Source: an uncultured virus (IMG/VR IMGVR_UViG_3300027804_000002) (lineage: Duplodnaviria > Heunggongvirae > Uroviricota > Caudoviricetes). From it: 64,000 bases of DNA. The DNA lies in IMG/VR virus record IMGVR_UViG_3300027804_000002; one strand, written 5' to 3'. Under the pieces are notes generated by a model that saw only the letters and a list, made by a program, of their open reading frames with translations, had not been told where the DNA came from and ran no database searches. A program made the translations under genes and the position numbers. Shown here in pieces: positions 46,805 through 56,286 of this stretch. The first letter of the stretch is position 1, and every line of letters begins with the position of its first letter.

Positions 46805-47482
46805 TTAGACCGAAGCCTTAGGCGCTACAAACGTGTTGTTAGCGATCTGTACTTGAACAATCGTGTAAGTGTCACCCCAGGCATTTGTTTCGCCGGGTGG
46901 GTAAGCTACTTCACGTCCTAGACCAATCACACGCACCTGACCTTGTACTGTGGTAGCTACAGCGGCCGCTGCTAGTGCAGTGGTTGAGAAACCAGCGCCA
47001 CCGTTACCAATGGAGATACCATCAGCAGTAGTGTAACCAGTTGCAGTACTAAAGTCATACTGTGCGCCGATAGAGCTAGCGTCAGCAGAACCATTGATCT
47101 GCGCTTCGTAAACCATAGCTGGATCTGTCCAGAGCCAGAAAATGATTTGTGTGTAAGCATCTAACTGGGTCTTAGAGGCCCACTTAGATACGGAACGACG
47201 GCCTTGGGCGTCGGTAAACTCTACACCATCAAATACGCCGTACACAGTACCAGCGGAACCGCCGGTTGCTGATGCGGCAGCAATTGTTAATTGGTTTGAG
47301 GCATTTAGACCAACTGGCTGATATTGATAGAACGCTTGACCAGCACTCAAAGAGTAGGGAGCGTTGTATGTGTTATCAGTAGCAGCTTGGAAAGAGTTCG
47401 TACCCACGAATGCAGTGGCACGGTCCAAACCGCTTGGATGGTATGCAGGCTTCAGACCAAAGGGTTTAAATGTTGTGGACAT
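46805..47482 (-). CDS. Capsid cement / minor capsid protein
   Basis: 'PFGLKP' start; immediately precedes the major capsid gene. Confidence 0.6.
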   Translation of the reverse strand: MSTTFKPFGLKPAYHPSGLDRATAFVGTNSFQAATDNTYNAPYSLSAGQAFYQYQPVGLNASNQLTIAAASATGGSAGTVYGVFDGVEFTDAQGRRSVSKWASKTQLDAYTQIIFWLWTDPAMVYEAQINGSADASSIGAQYDFSTATGYTTADGISIGNGGAGFSTTALAAAAVATTVQGQVRVIGLGREVAYPPGETNAWGDTYTIVQVQIANNTFVAPKASV

Positions 47483-47513
47483 TTATGTTTTTCCTTTGTT
47501 ATTTTGAAGAATG

Positions 47514-48068
47514 TTATTGGAAGCGAATATTACTATTTGCTTTTGCGGCCTCTTTTTCCATTTCCAAAACTCCACCTTCAAGAATAGATCTGCCGCCTTT
47601 GCCGTCTTGAGCAGTGCTCCGAACGGATGCGGTGATATTGCGTTGATGTTCGAGGGGGTCCTCGAGGTGCATCATGCGCATCACTTCTTGATAGATTTCT
47701 TCTGGTAACTTAAAGAGAACCATCTCGTTACAACTAACACAGCCTTCAAACTTGCCCGAGCTCATTTTACCTAGTGCTTCAAAGCCTTTTCCTAATTCTG
47801 CGGCTTTCACTGGCTCATAACCCAATGCCATACGTTTGTCGATACTGTCATAATTATTTGTGGTGGATAACCAACACAAATGGAATCCAGGGATTGCTCC
47901 TGCTGGAAGGTCTGGCAACGCGCTATTTTGCCATTTATCTCTGAACGCCTCTGCACGTTCGCGCCGGGATTTTGCATCCGGATCTTCTGCTGCCATCCGG
48001 TCTTTTACCTCTTCGACTCGATCTACTAAACGATCTTCTAAGTCGCGTTTGATTCTTGTATTTGCCAT
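47514..48068 (-). CDS. Conserved head-module hypothetical protein
   Basis: 'PGFHLCWL...GYEPV' between the scaffold and capsid genes. Confidence 0.6.
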   Translation of the reverse strand: MANTRIKRDLEDRLVDRVEEVKDRMAAEDPDAKSRRERAEAFRDKWQNSALPDLPAGAIPGFHLCWLSTTNNYDSIDKRMALGYEPVKAAELGKGFEALGKMSSGKFEGCVSCNEMVLFKLPEEIYQEVMRMMHLEDPLEHQRNITASVRSTAQDGKGGRSILEGGVLEMEKEAAKANSNIRFQ

Positions 48069-48073
48069 GATAA

Positions 48074-49063
48074 TTATCCTTTGTTAGCGCGGTCATACGA
48101 AGCGTATGCGCGGATCATTTTATTTCGTTTCTCAACATCGTCCCACGCACCCGCGTCTTTAATTGCCTGAACACGGTCACGACTTAGCGTAATGGTTCCA
48201 GGTTTTGCGCTGGTTGTGTTTGCCACCCGGCTAGAGGCCGTTGGGCCCGCTCTACGGGTTTGCTGACCTCCCTTTGAGGTGTAGCGGTGTGGCAGACGTG
48301 CCGATAAACGATTGTCTAACTCTTCCCAGTACTCGGAATCACTTGGATCCCAACCATCTGCGGCAAGTTCTTGATCAATTACCTTGGCGATTCTACTATC
48401 TGTATCTCGAGCCTGCGGATCGTACCAAGAGTTTTTCTTTAACCACTGAGTTGCATTATATTGTACTTCAGTGCTAATTTCGTTTGGTACGTTTTGCTTA
48501 GGAGCTTTTACTTGCTCGAGCTGTTGTTTTTTGTAATATTGAGCTTGTTTTAAACGCTCTTTGGCGTCTGTCAATTGCTCTAAAAACTCAACTTGACCTG
48601 CTGCATCGCCAGATTGCGCGGCTTGCAACATTTTCATTTTTGCATACTCAACTCTGGTAGCCTCATCTTCGATGGACTTATCTAGTTGTGCAAATTGATA
48701 TGATGCTGCTGCGTTTTCTACTTTGGCTAAACGTTCAGCCAACTCAGCGTTGCGGCGCTCAAGTGCGCTAATCTTGTTACGAGCTGTTGCGTCTCGTTGT
48801 TTGTTTAATTCTTTTTTGAGTCTACGCTCTTCTCTGCGTGCCTCACGAATCCGTTCCCGGTCTTCGTCTGTTTCGTCTTCATCTTGCTCATTTGAAGAAT
48901 CTTCTTGATCTTCATTTGGCTCTTCGTCTGTTTCTTCTGCCTTTACTTCTTTTTTAGGCTCTTCTTCAGCATCAGCAAGAGGATCTGGTTCCATTTCATA
49001 CGCTACCAGTGCGCTGCCGTCAGTTTGTTCTTTGACGGGTATGTCTTTTTCATTATCTGCCAT
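48074..49063 (-). CDS. Scaffolding protein
   Basis: Acidic N-terminus, coiled coil, 'WLKKNSWY', position in the head module. Confidence 0.7.
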   Translation of the reverse strand: MADNEKDIPVKEQTDGSALVAYEMEPDPLADAEEEPKKEVKAEETDEEPNEDQEDSSNEQDEDETDEDRERIREARREERRLKKELNKQRDATARNKISALERRNAELAERLAKVENAAASYQFAQLDKSIEDEATRVEYAKMKMLQAAQSGDAAGQVEFLEQLTDAKERLKQAQYYKKQQLEQVKAPKQNVPNEISTEVQYNATQWLKKNSWYDPQARDTDSRIAKVIDQELAADGWDPSDSEYWEELDNRLSARLPHRYTSKGGQQTRRAGPTASSRVANTTSAKPGTITLSRDRVQAIKDAGAWDDVEKRNKMIRAYASYDRANKG

Positions 49064-49078
49064 AATTTTCTTTCAAAA

Positions 49079-49519
49079 TTAGTCTACAAACGCTTTCATC
49101 TTCTGCGCATGGTCAAACGACTTGATGCGTGAGATAATTTCACGTGCCTGGATGGTAATAAACACCACGGGGGCGCCTTCATCATCCGGATTAACAACAA
49201 AACGGTCACCGCCGTACTTGATGGTTCTAACCAAATCGCCTTCTTTGCACCAGGGGCCTTCAATCCAAGGCTCTAGGGTATCTGGCGACTTATATGCTAG
49301 AGGGCCAATCTGGCGTACTTTAGCTACAGTCTCATTGAAACGTAACGTCTGTCGGGTTTCGTCAACTAAAATGATTCCGCCCTTGCTTCTATCCTTCTCC
49401 CGTCGTAACTGCACTAAAACACGGTCTCCGGCTACTTCAATACCTGGATCAATGTCCGGAAAGCACTCGGCTTCCGAGCGAAGATCTGGGTCTTCCTTTT
49501 GTGATAAATCAAATGCCAT
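49079..49519 (-). CDS. GroES-like co-chaperonin
   Basis: 'GDRVLVQ...SKGGIILVD...GPLAY...WCKEGDLV...YGG'. Confidence 0.85.
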   Translation of the reverse strand: MAFDLSQKEDPDLRSEAECFPDIDPGIEVAGDRVLVQLRREKDRSKGGIILVDETRQTLRFNETVAKVRQIGPLAYKSPDTLEPWIEGPWCKEGDLVRTIKYGGDRFVVNPDDEGAPVVFITIQAREIISRIKSFDHAQKMKAFVD

Positions 49520-49541
49520 GCGGCATCTCCTTTCTTAAATC

Positions 49542-49736
49542 TTACGATTCGTCTTCGTCGTCTTCTCTTAAAATTTCATCAATGATGTCTAAAATTTCTT
49601 TAAACCCTTCAAATCTACCAACTAGACGCTGGTAATCATCAAAAGAATTAACATTAATGCCGGCGGTAAGAGTAATCGCCAGTTTTGCTTGTTCGTCTCG
49701 CGTACGCGAAATAATTTCAGATATAAAGTCCTTCAT
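49542..49736 (-). CDS. Hypothetical protein
   Basis: 64-aa ORF typical of the portal-GroES interval. Confidence 0.6.
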   Translation of the reverse strand: MKDFISEIISRTRDEQAKLAITLTAGINVNSFDDYQRLVGRFEGFKEILDIIDEILREDDEDES

Positions 49737-49742
49737 AATCTT

Positions 49743-49772
49743 ACTAATGCAAGGTTATGAAGGAATCCGCCC
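49743..49772 (-). promoter_or_regulatory. Late-type promoter GGGCG-N15-TTGCATTAGT
   Basis: Exact consensus match; ATG 6 nt downstream. Confidence 0.75.
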
Positions 49773-49777
49773 TAAAA

Positions 49778-49999
49778 TCAATAAAAATTGCCGCCTTTGA
49801 TGTCTTTAAGGTTTTTGCTTGGGCCAATGCTGCAGTCTTTAGCCATTTTGTTTTGGGCTGCGCCCTTTTTCCAGTTGTTATCTCTGTGGCTGCCAGAAGC
49901 GCCCTTGTCGAGGTTTTTCTCGCCAGGACCGCCGCCGTAACCCATATTGCCAGTTTCTTGGTAAACTTGGCGAAAACCTTTTAAATTCTCATCAGACAT
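49778..49999 (-). CDS. Small Gly/Lys-rich hypothetical protein
   Basis: Overlaps the portal stop. Confidence 0.5.
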   Translation of the reverse strand: MSDENLKGFRQVYQETGNMGYGGGPGEKNLDKGASGSHRDNNWKKGAAQNKMAKDCSIGPSKNLKDIKGGNFY

Positions 50000-52817
50000 T
50001 TGTTACTCCTGTTGGGGGTGTGGGTGGTTGTAAACTTGCTTGTTGCTGTTGTAATGCTGCTTGATTTTGTGCATCTACTGCAGATTGCTGTTGTGCCAAC
50101 ATGGCGTCAGCGTTTTTCTGAGCCATTTGGGTTTCGTGTGCAAAACGTTGTTTTTCTATTTCGATGCCATGGTCACGAATGCTACGTTCGGCTTCATTAG
50201 TTGCCTGGATAGCTAGCTCATTTTGCTCTCGCTGCATAGCAAGATGGTCAGCAGCCAAACTGGCGCCGGCTGTAATTGACGCCACACGCTCTTTAGCGGA
50301 ATTGTTAATATCAGCCAAAGCAATTTGGGTTGCGTTTTTCTGTGAGTCAATAGTAGCCTGAGTTTCGTACTTAGCCTGTAGGTCAAGCACTTGACGTTGC
50401 AGTTCAGCAATCTTAAGTTCGTAATCTTGCTGATGTTTAGCTGTTTCCATCTGCATTCTAGCCTGAGCTTCAGCTTGTTTACGCTGGGTTTCAGCCATTT
50501 GAGTCTTAAGAATAACCTGAGCTGTTGGATCAGACTCGGCTTGAACTTGACGCTGTTGCTGTTGAGCTTGTTGTACTTTTTGCGCCAACTGTTGGATTTG
50601 CTGAACAAACGGCTGCATAGTCATCTGTGCATCTTGTGATACCAACTGAGCTGCCAAGGCCAAGGCTTGTTGTGATTCCAAATCCAACGGCTTTTCTTGG
50701 TGCAACTCAAGGACATCGCGCCCGCCTGAGGCCTGCGCTACATAACCGCGCATAGATTGCAGGTAGTGTAATGTTAAATGTTGTTTGATATGCTCTAAGG
50801 CATGGGGCGCAAACGCCGGACCAATTACGGGGTTCCCACCATATGCAGGATCCATAGCGTATTGCATGTGGATCTTGATGTGGCTGATGTGATCTTGATC
50901 GGGGTACGCTGCTGCTGGTCGACCCATAGTCATCGACACGTTTTCCAACGCTGGGTTGGATTCTTTTGCACCTAACGGATTTGGTAAGACCTCATCAATT
51001 GCGGGAACCTTAAGCTGTCCAAGGATTCGACGATATACTGCACGAATGTCGAACATATTGGGTGGTGCGCTCTGAGCCATTTGCAATAGCGCTTGGTTTT
51101 GTGCCAAACGTTGTGTCTCAGAGAAAATATTAGGATCAGATACTGGACGTACGTCGCTGTTATACGCAAAGTCACGAACCTGGATTTCTTCACCAGACTG
51201 GTTATCCATCTCCGACAAGTACCAGTGATTGATACGGGAAATAATTGCCAACGATTTAGCCTGGCTGCGGTGCATGCGCGCGTGGATGCTAGAGAATACC
51301 TTAGCGCCTTGCTCAATAAGTGCCTGCACGGTGCCAACTGGCGTTTCATTACTAGCGTCGCCAATTTTTTCTTCGGCGGTGGTTACTACGCCTTTAGCTG
51401 CGTTGGTTAGCCATCCCATTAACTCTAACAATACAGAGGATGGCGGATTGAATGGCATAGCCATTGCAATCTTACGAACGTCGTCTACTCCAGGTGCGCC
51501 TTCAATCTCAACTACTTGCGTAGGTTCGATTCGATCGCTTTGGCCACCAATTCGTCCACCCTTGAGTTTAAGTAGTGTTTGGGAATTATTAATATGCGCC
51601 GCGTCCAATAGAGCACGTAGAGCGCCAGTGAGAGCAGCGCTAAGGCCGCCAATAAGATGGGGAAGACCAATAGCATAAGCGCCACGCCAAGGGATAAATT
51701 TAAACTCGACATACCAGTCCAATTTTTCAAACTTCGCATCATTTGCTTCCCAGTTACGATACAGACCCAAAACTTTGCTTGTGGTCTCGTCAATCATTAA
51801 AATGTAAGGGGCACGTTGGCCGTCTGTTTCCGCGTCTTCTTCCAAACGCATGAAACATGTAATCTCGTAAACACGACGCAATCCGTCAATGTTCTTAGAA
51901 GGCATGTCTTTGCCTTCAATTTTGTTGTTTGCTTTTTCAGACTGGGTCTGATCGTTTAACGGCGCGTCAGATGAATACGCACTGTCGATGTCAATGTAGA
52001 TGCCCTGCTCAACACGCTGCAAAAACGTGTCTTCGGTAATGTCTTGTACTTCAGTTACACGTTGCGCTGTGTAGAAGTTAGTAGACGCGTATGGTAGCAA
52101 AATGTTATCAATTGGTACCCATTCGCACAGTGGTCGCTTTTGTTCTTCATCCCAGCGCCATTTAAGAAACTGTGAACCACCCAAGGGTAGCTGTGTAAGT
52201 AACTGCTCCATTTCATCGCGGTACTCTGGAATCTGTTCTGTTAACTGCCAGTTAAGGAAGTTGACCTTACGATCTGCAGTTTCTTCTCTTAGGCGGTTTG
52301 ATTCGCCCTTGATGTTGGATTTAACTAAACCGTCTGGCGGAAGAAGTTCTTTAGACGCCGAAGCCGCGAAATCAACGCAAGCCTCTGCCATAACTGGGTG
52401 TACCACTTTGCTAGCGCCATCAAACGTGGCACCGCCTGGTGCGTCTTTACCAAGACCTGTTCTTCGTAATCCCTCTTCATACTGTTTGTCTCTTTGTGTG
52501 CGTGATTCTTTGTCTACATCAATAAGGTCTAAATACTCAACGGCTAAATTCTGTAATGTGCCTTCGTCCATGCTTTCTGCCAAGTTGGCATAAAACTCTG
52601 GATTTTTACGTGGGCCTTCTTTTGCTTGAAAATTTACAACAACCGAACCATCTTCTAATTCAACAACTTCCGATTCAACATCACTGGGCTCAAGACCTAG
52701 AGTTTCCTCGTAGTAGTCCATTTCGACGTCTTGCATCTGAGCTTCTTTGACGTTTTCTTGATTCTCCAGACCGGGCAGGTTTGCGCCCATCTGTATAGGA
52801 AGTATTGGATTTGCCAT
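49992..52817 (-). CDS. Portal protein (P22-like, long C-terminal coiled coil)
   Basis: 941 aa downstream of TerL; Gln/Ala-rich coiled-coil tail. Confidence 0.85.
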   Translation of the reverse strand: MANPILPIQMGANLPGLENQENVKEAQMQDVEMDYYEETLGLEPSDVESEVVELEDGSVVVNFQAKEGPRKNPEFYANLAESMDEGTLQNLAVEYLDLIDVDKESRTQRDKQYEEGLRRTGLGKDAPGGATFDGASKVVHPVMAEACVDFAASASKELLPPDGLVKSNIKGESNRLREETADRKVNFLNWQLTEQIPEYRDEMEQLLTQLPLGGSQFLKWRWDEEQKRPLCEWVPIDNILLPYASTNFYTAQRVTEVQDITEDTFLQRVEQGIYIDIDSAYSSDAPLNDQTQSEKANNKIEGKDMPSKNIDGLRRVYEITCFMRLEEDAETDGQRAPYILMIDETTSKVLGLYRNWEANDAKFEKLDWYVEFKFIPWRGAYAIGLPHLIGGLSAALTGALRALLDAAHINNSQTLLKLKGGRIGGQSDRIEPTQVVEIEGAPGVDDVRKIAMAMPFNPPSSVLLELMGWLTNAAKGVVTTAEEKIGDASNETPVGTVQALIEQGAKVFSSIHARMHRSQAKSLAIISRINHWYLSEMDNQSGEEIQVRDFAYNSDVRPVSDPNIFSETQRLAQNQALLQMAQSAPPNMFDIRAVYRRILGQLKVPAIDEVLPNPLGAKESNPALENVSMTMGRPAAAYPDQDHISHIKIHMQYAMDPAYGGNPVIGPAFAPHALEHIKQHLTLHYLQSMRGYVAQASGGRDVLELHQEKPLDLESQQALALAAQLVSQDAQMTMQPFVQQIQQLAQKVQQAQQQQRQVQAESDPTAQVILKTQMAETQRKQAEAQARMQMETAKHQQDYELKIAELQRQVLDLQAKYETQATIDSQKNATQIALADINNSAKERVASITAGASLAADHLAMQREQNELAIQATNEAERSIRDHGIEIEKQRFAHETQMAQKNADAMLAQQQSAVDAQNQAALQQQQASLQPPTPPTGVTNV

Positions 52818-52820
52818 GTT

Positions 52821-53066
52821 TTATTTGAAAAACTGGTTAAAGGCTTTTACTAAAGCTGGATGGGAATAGGGGTCGGTGTTTTGTGGATTTTCTGCCACAA
52901 ATAATTCTGCCTGCATGTCTTTTACTGATTTTCCTTCGGCAAACCTAGGAACCACGTTAGTTTCCTCAATCAACATTTGTTGTGGGGTTTTGAGCATGCC
53001 CGGACTATGAGGCGCCATTCCGGCCTCTTCCATTAATTTTTGGTGTGGAGTCTTTAAGGGATTCAT
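52821..53066 (-). CDS. Hypothetical protein with an internal 'LKTPxQxLxEE' duplication
   Basis: Two copies of the motif plus FAEGK. Confidence 0.55.
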   Translation of the reverse strand: MNPLKTPHQKLMEEAGMAPHSPGMLKTPQQMLIEETNVVPRFAEGKSVKDMQAELFVAENPQNTDPYSHPALVKAFNQFFK

Positions 53067-53072
53067 AATACT

Positions 53073-53102
53073 ACTAATGCAATAAATGGGGGTATTCCGC
53101 CC
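53073..53102 (-). promoter_or_regulatory. Late-type promoter GGGCG-N15-TTGCATTAGT
   Basis: Exact consensus match; ATG 6 nt downstream. Confidence 0.75.
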
Positions 53103-54547
53103 TACTGGGCGTACGGATTGACAAACTTCTTGGAGTAGTCCTCATCGGCATAACTATAATCCCTCGCTGGTAATGGGTCAAGTTGCAACCATCCTGAGTC
53201 ACGCAACACACGCAACGCCTGGGATAGTGAGTCCACATAGTCATCGTGCCCGCCTGCCTCTGGGAACGAACACACCTGACGCAAGAACCGTTTTGCCCAG
53301 CTTGCGTATTCTCCTTTTTGTTTGTTGTCTTCTGGTATCCAAACTTTACCTTTGGCTACCAGGGGTGCAACAATGTTAAGACGCTGCACCTTGTCCGCTC
53401 TGCCAGGATTATACCCCCTGACCGGGACACCGGCACCTTGGAGTTCTTGGATTAGGCTGATACCCGCCGACTTGTCTTCCATTAGGATCAGGTCCGCCTT
53501 TCGGCCCTTGCCAAAGTCGTTGTCCGCACCGTATACCACTTCCTTGAAGTCGTCAATTACTTTTCTACGCAGCTCCGGGTATGACAAGTGCTCATCCCAA
53601 GAGTCTAGCAATATGACCGCCGTGCCGGCGTCTAGTTGTTCAAACACGCCCCAGATGGTGCAGGCGGTTGGGTCGTTCATAGTCTTCTCAGAAGTCGCCG
53701 GATCATACGACGCAATAACATACTCCAGCGTCGGAGTGGGTTTGTTCGCCGGCCACAGGCGAAACTGTTTGCGCTTGATGATACCCGACTGTTCCGGGTC
53801 AAGGATCTCACCATAGATCTCTTGTCGGCCAATATCAGTGCCGTCGTAAGTCTCAAGCTGTTTGAAGAACGTTTCTGATAGGTTGGCTCGGTTGTCATAG
53901 GACGAGGCGTTTGACACATACACGTCGCCTCCAATTTTTCCTTCGTTAAGATCGACAATTAATTCTTTTGGCTTGGGAGTGGTGGTAATAATCTGCTGCA
54001 CTCGGGGGATGCGTGGGTCCCGTAGACGTAAGGTAAACTGTACGCCATCGTAGGCATCGTCGATGTAATCAAACGCACACAGTTCGTCGAACCAGGCGCC
54101 GTGATACTGTTTACCACGATACCGTTCTGGCTCGGAAGCTGGGATTCCTTGGATAAGAGACCCGTTTGTAAGGGTAATTTCAAAAAGGGACTTGTTGTAG
54201 TCTCGTATAAGTGACGGGGGAATGATATTGAGAAGTCCAGAGTCCCCCTCGAAACAAGTTGCACGTATATCGTTTGATGTTGGGGCGGTAACGAGCCAGC
54301 GTGTATTGTCAAAACGCCAAGCGCGAATGCCAATCCAATGGCTAGCAGTGTGCGTCTTCCCCGATCCTCGGCCAGCCAACATAAGAAACGTGTCATATTC
54401 GCCATCTTCTGGCTCCCTCTGGTGCGCTAAGGCTTGTAAGTGCCACCGCACCTGCCAAATGGCAGCCTCAAGCTGCTGCTTAGGCCAGTGTTTGTTGTTT
54501 TGTGCGAACTTTTTTAGTATAAGTTCTTGTTTGTCTGTTAATGGCAT
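53102..54547 (-). CDS. Terminase large subunit
   Basis: Walker A 'AGRGSGKT', Walker B 'AWFDE', 'TTTP', nuclease motifs 'SYDPA' and 'HDDYVDS'. Confidence 0.93.
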   Translation of the reverse strand: MPLTDKQELILKKFAQNNKHWPKQQLEAAIWQVRWHLQALAHQREPEDGEYDTFLMLAGRGSGKTHTASHWIGIRAWRFDNTRWLVTAPTSNDIRATCFEGDSGLLNIIPPSLIRDYNKSLFEITLTNGSLIQGIPASEPERYRGKQYHGAWFDELCAFDYIDDAYDGVQFTLRLRDPRIPRVQQIITTTPKPKELIVDLNEGKIGGDVYVSNASSYDNRANLSETFFKQLETYDGTDIGRQEIYGEILDPEQSGIIKRKQFRLWPANKPTPTLEYVIASYDPATSEKTMNDPTACTIWGVFEQLDAGTAVILLDSWDEHLSYPELRRKVIDDFKEVVYGADNDFGKGRKADLILMEDKSAGISLIQELQGAGVPVRGYNPGRADKVQRLNIVAPLVAKGKVWIPEDNKQKGEYASWAKRFLRQVCSFPEAGGHDDYVDSLSQALRVLRDSGWLQLDPLPARDYSYADEDYSKKFVNPYAQ

Positions 54548-55530
54548 GAAATAAACCCTTCTCCTACGAGAAAGCTGTTGTCCTGTCCGGTTGTCTCAAT
54601 ATGCACGCACATCTGCGCGGCAATTGGTGTTATTTTGGTGATGTACCGTCTAGCCTGGTGTACCTTTATCGGTGGCGAAACCTGATTTTCAACCAACTTT
54701 GTGCGGCTTTTAAAACTAATCGTGTAATACCTGTAAGTGTCATCAAACTGTACCTTAGTTCTATGGCCAAGTGATTCGACAAGACCCTGAACCTGTAACA
54801 TAAGCCCGTAATTAATCGACGTAAAACGAAATTGATCTTTTGCTTTTGAATATTGTCTTGATTTTGCATACAGTATACCACACAACAGTTCGGTTCGTTG
54901 TTCTGCCGAGGCTAATAGGTAGTTTTCGGGTATTTTTGCGGGTATGTTTGGCGCTAATTGTGATTCAATACTGGGACTTACCACAAATTCACGCTCGCCG
55001 GTGTTAATTTTCTTACCAATTACCAGTTTGTAGCCCGCGTCTTTGAATTTTTGCTCCACAAACTTAAACGTGCCCCGGGGTGCTGCCATACTTCGGTTAG
55101 CTCGTCGGTTAAAAAACCAAAATCCAAAGATAAACGGCTCTACCGGCAGGTCTTGCCTGGGAAGAGATAAGGGTTTTGTGGTTGGGACTGAGTAGATTAA
55201 CCTGTTTGCATGGTTTTTTAAGTTGGTATCTACCAACTTATCCACGGATACAAACTTTAATGGGCGCCTAAATTTCTTCTTGCCCTGGTACTCACAGATT
55301 CTTTGGCGGTATTTTGGCGTTTCTACCAAAAATCCTAGCTTATCGTCCCCAGCGGCAGTAAGGTAGTCGTTAAACAACACCTCATAGCAGGTTTGGGCGC
55401 GGTACTCTTGGATTAATTTAACCTGGACAATTTGTCCATCTTTGTTAAAAATATAATCGCCAACTCGCAGTTTGTTTGCTGGCTTCCAATAGTCAAGGGT
55501 TAGTACTTTTTGGTTTGCTAGTATTGCCAT
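54538..55530 (-). CDS. Free-standing intein-derived protein (Hint + degenerate LAGLIDADG)
   Basis: Block A-like 'AILANQKVLT..W...LRVGDYIFNKDG', 'ASAEQRTELLCG', block F/G-like 'VHIET...FLVGEGFISCH*'. Confidence 0.8.
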   Translation of the reverse strand: MAILANQKVLTLDYWKPANKLRVGDYIFNKDGQIVQVKLIQEYRAQTCYEVLFNDYLTAAGDDKLGFLVETPKYRQRICEYQGKKKFRRPLKFVSVDKLVDTNLKNHANRLIYSVPTTKPLSLPRQDLPVEPFIFGFWFFNRRANRSMAAPRGTFKFVEQKFKDAGYKLVIGKKINTGEREFVVSPSIESQLAPNIPAKIPENYLLASAEQRTELLCGILYAKSRQYSKAKDQFRFTSINYGLMLQVQGLVESLGHRTKVQFDDTYRYYTISFKSRTKLVENQVSPPIKVHQARRYITKITPIAAQMCVHIETTGQDNSFLVGEGFISCH

Positions 55531-55798
55531 AGAAGTTTTCGAGGACCCAGAAGTCCAGCCATCGCCCTAACGGCGCTCGAATTTTGTTTTGGATTGGTAT
55601 TGGTAAGCGGTTGATATCCATAGTTTCGGTTAACTTTAGGCGGTACTCAAGAAACTTTACTGTTTCTCTATCAAACACTTCGACCGGTATATCTACGCTT
55701 TCAAAATTGTGAAGGTCACATACCAGCACTCTAAGGCCACGAAACTTCCCCGATACGCTTTCGAGCGCACCTTGGATTTGGTATGCGTAATCGTTCAT
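55493..55798 (-). CDS. Hypothetical protein, first gene of the late arm
   Basis: ATG 6 nt after the late promoter motif. Confidence 0.6.
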   Translation of the reverse strand: MNDYAYQIQGALESVSGKFRGLRVLVCDLHNFESVDIPVEVFDRETVKFLEYRLKLTETMDINRLPIPIQNKIRAPLGRWLDFWVLENFYGNTSKPKSTNP

Positions 55799-55804
55799 AT
55801 TCTA

Positions 55805-55834
55805 ACTAATGCAAAAAAATTAGGCATTGCGTCC
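55805..55834 (-). promoter_or_regulatory. Late-type promoter variant GGACG-N15-TTGCATTAGT
   Basis: One mismatch in the upstream box, same spacing. Confidence 0.7.
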
Positions 55835-55853
55835 CATTTTAAAAAATAAAAAA

Positions 55854-56129
55854 TTGTCCGACTTTATTTAAAAAAATTTGGGAAGTTGGACAATTTTTTT
55901 TCTAATCCAATCAAATACTTAACTCAAAAATTGTCCGACTTGTCCGACTTGTCCAACTTCTTTGCAACTTTTACCCTACCAATTAAATTTATCTTTTTTT
56001 TAAAGTGAGTAAAAAAGTGAAATAAAGTCGGACAAGTCGGACAAGTCGGACAATTTTTCGATTAAGTCTATGATTTTGCTAAATAAAAAATTGTCCAACT
56101 TCTTTCAAAATTGTCCAACTTGTCCAACT
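55854..56129. repeat. Iteron-like array, inverted copy B of 1118..1406
   Basis: 56005..56065 is the exact reverse complement of 1193..1253; ~55927..55966 matches ~1293..1332. Confidence 0.8.
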
Positions 56130-56286
56130 TCTTTTTTAAAAAATTACAAAAATATACAAACTTGCGCTTTGTGGGGCCCCCGGGCCGTGGGGGGTGGGGG
56201 TCTAAAAAAGGGGTATCGACAAATAGGAAAAGCCCCCTATTCCGCATTGTGAGATGCGATTTCACATTGTGAAACGCAACCCCTAA

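Noticed and set aside
54538..55530. Active intein spliced into the terminase
   Set aside because: It is in a different frame from TerL, has no N-extein, and ends His-stop. A one-base deletion giving His-Asn would be followed by Arg and would still be out of frame with TerL.
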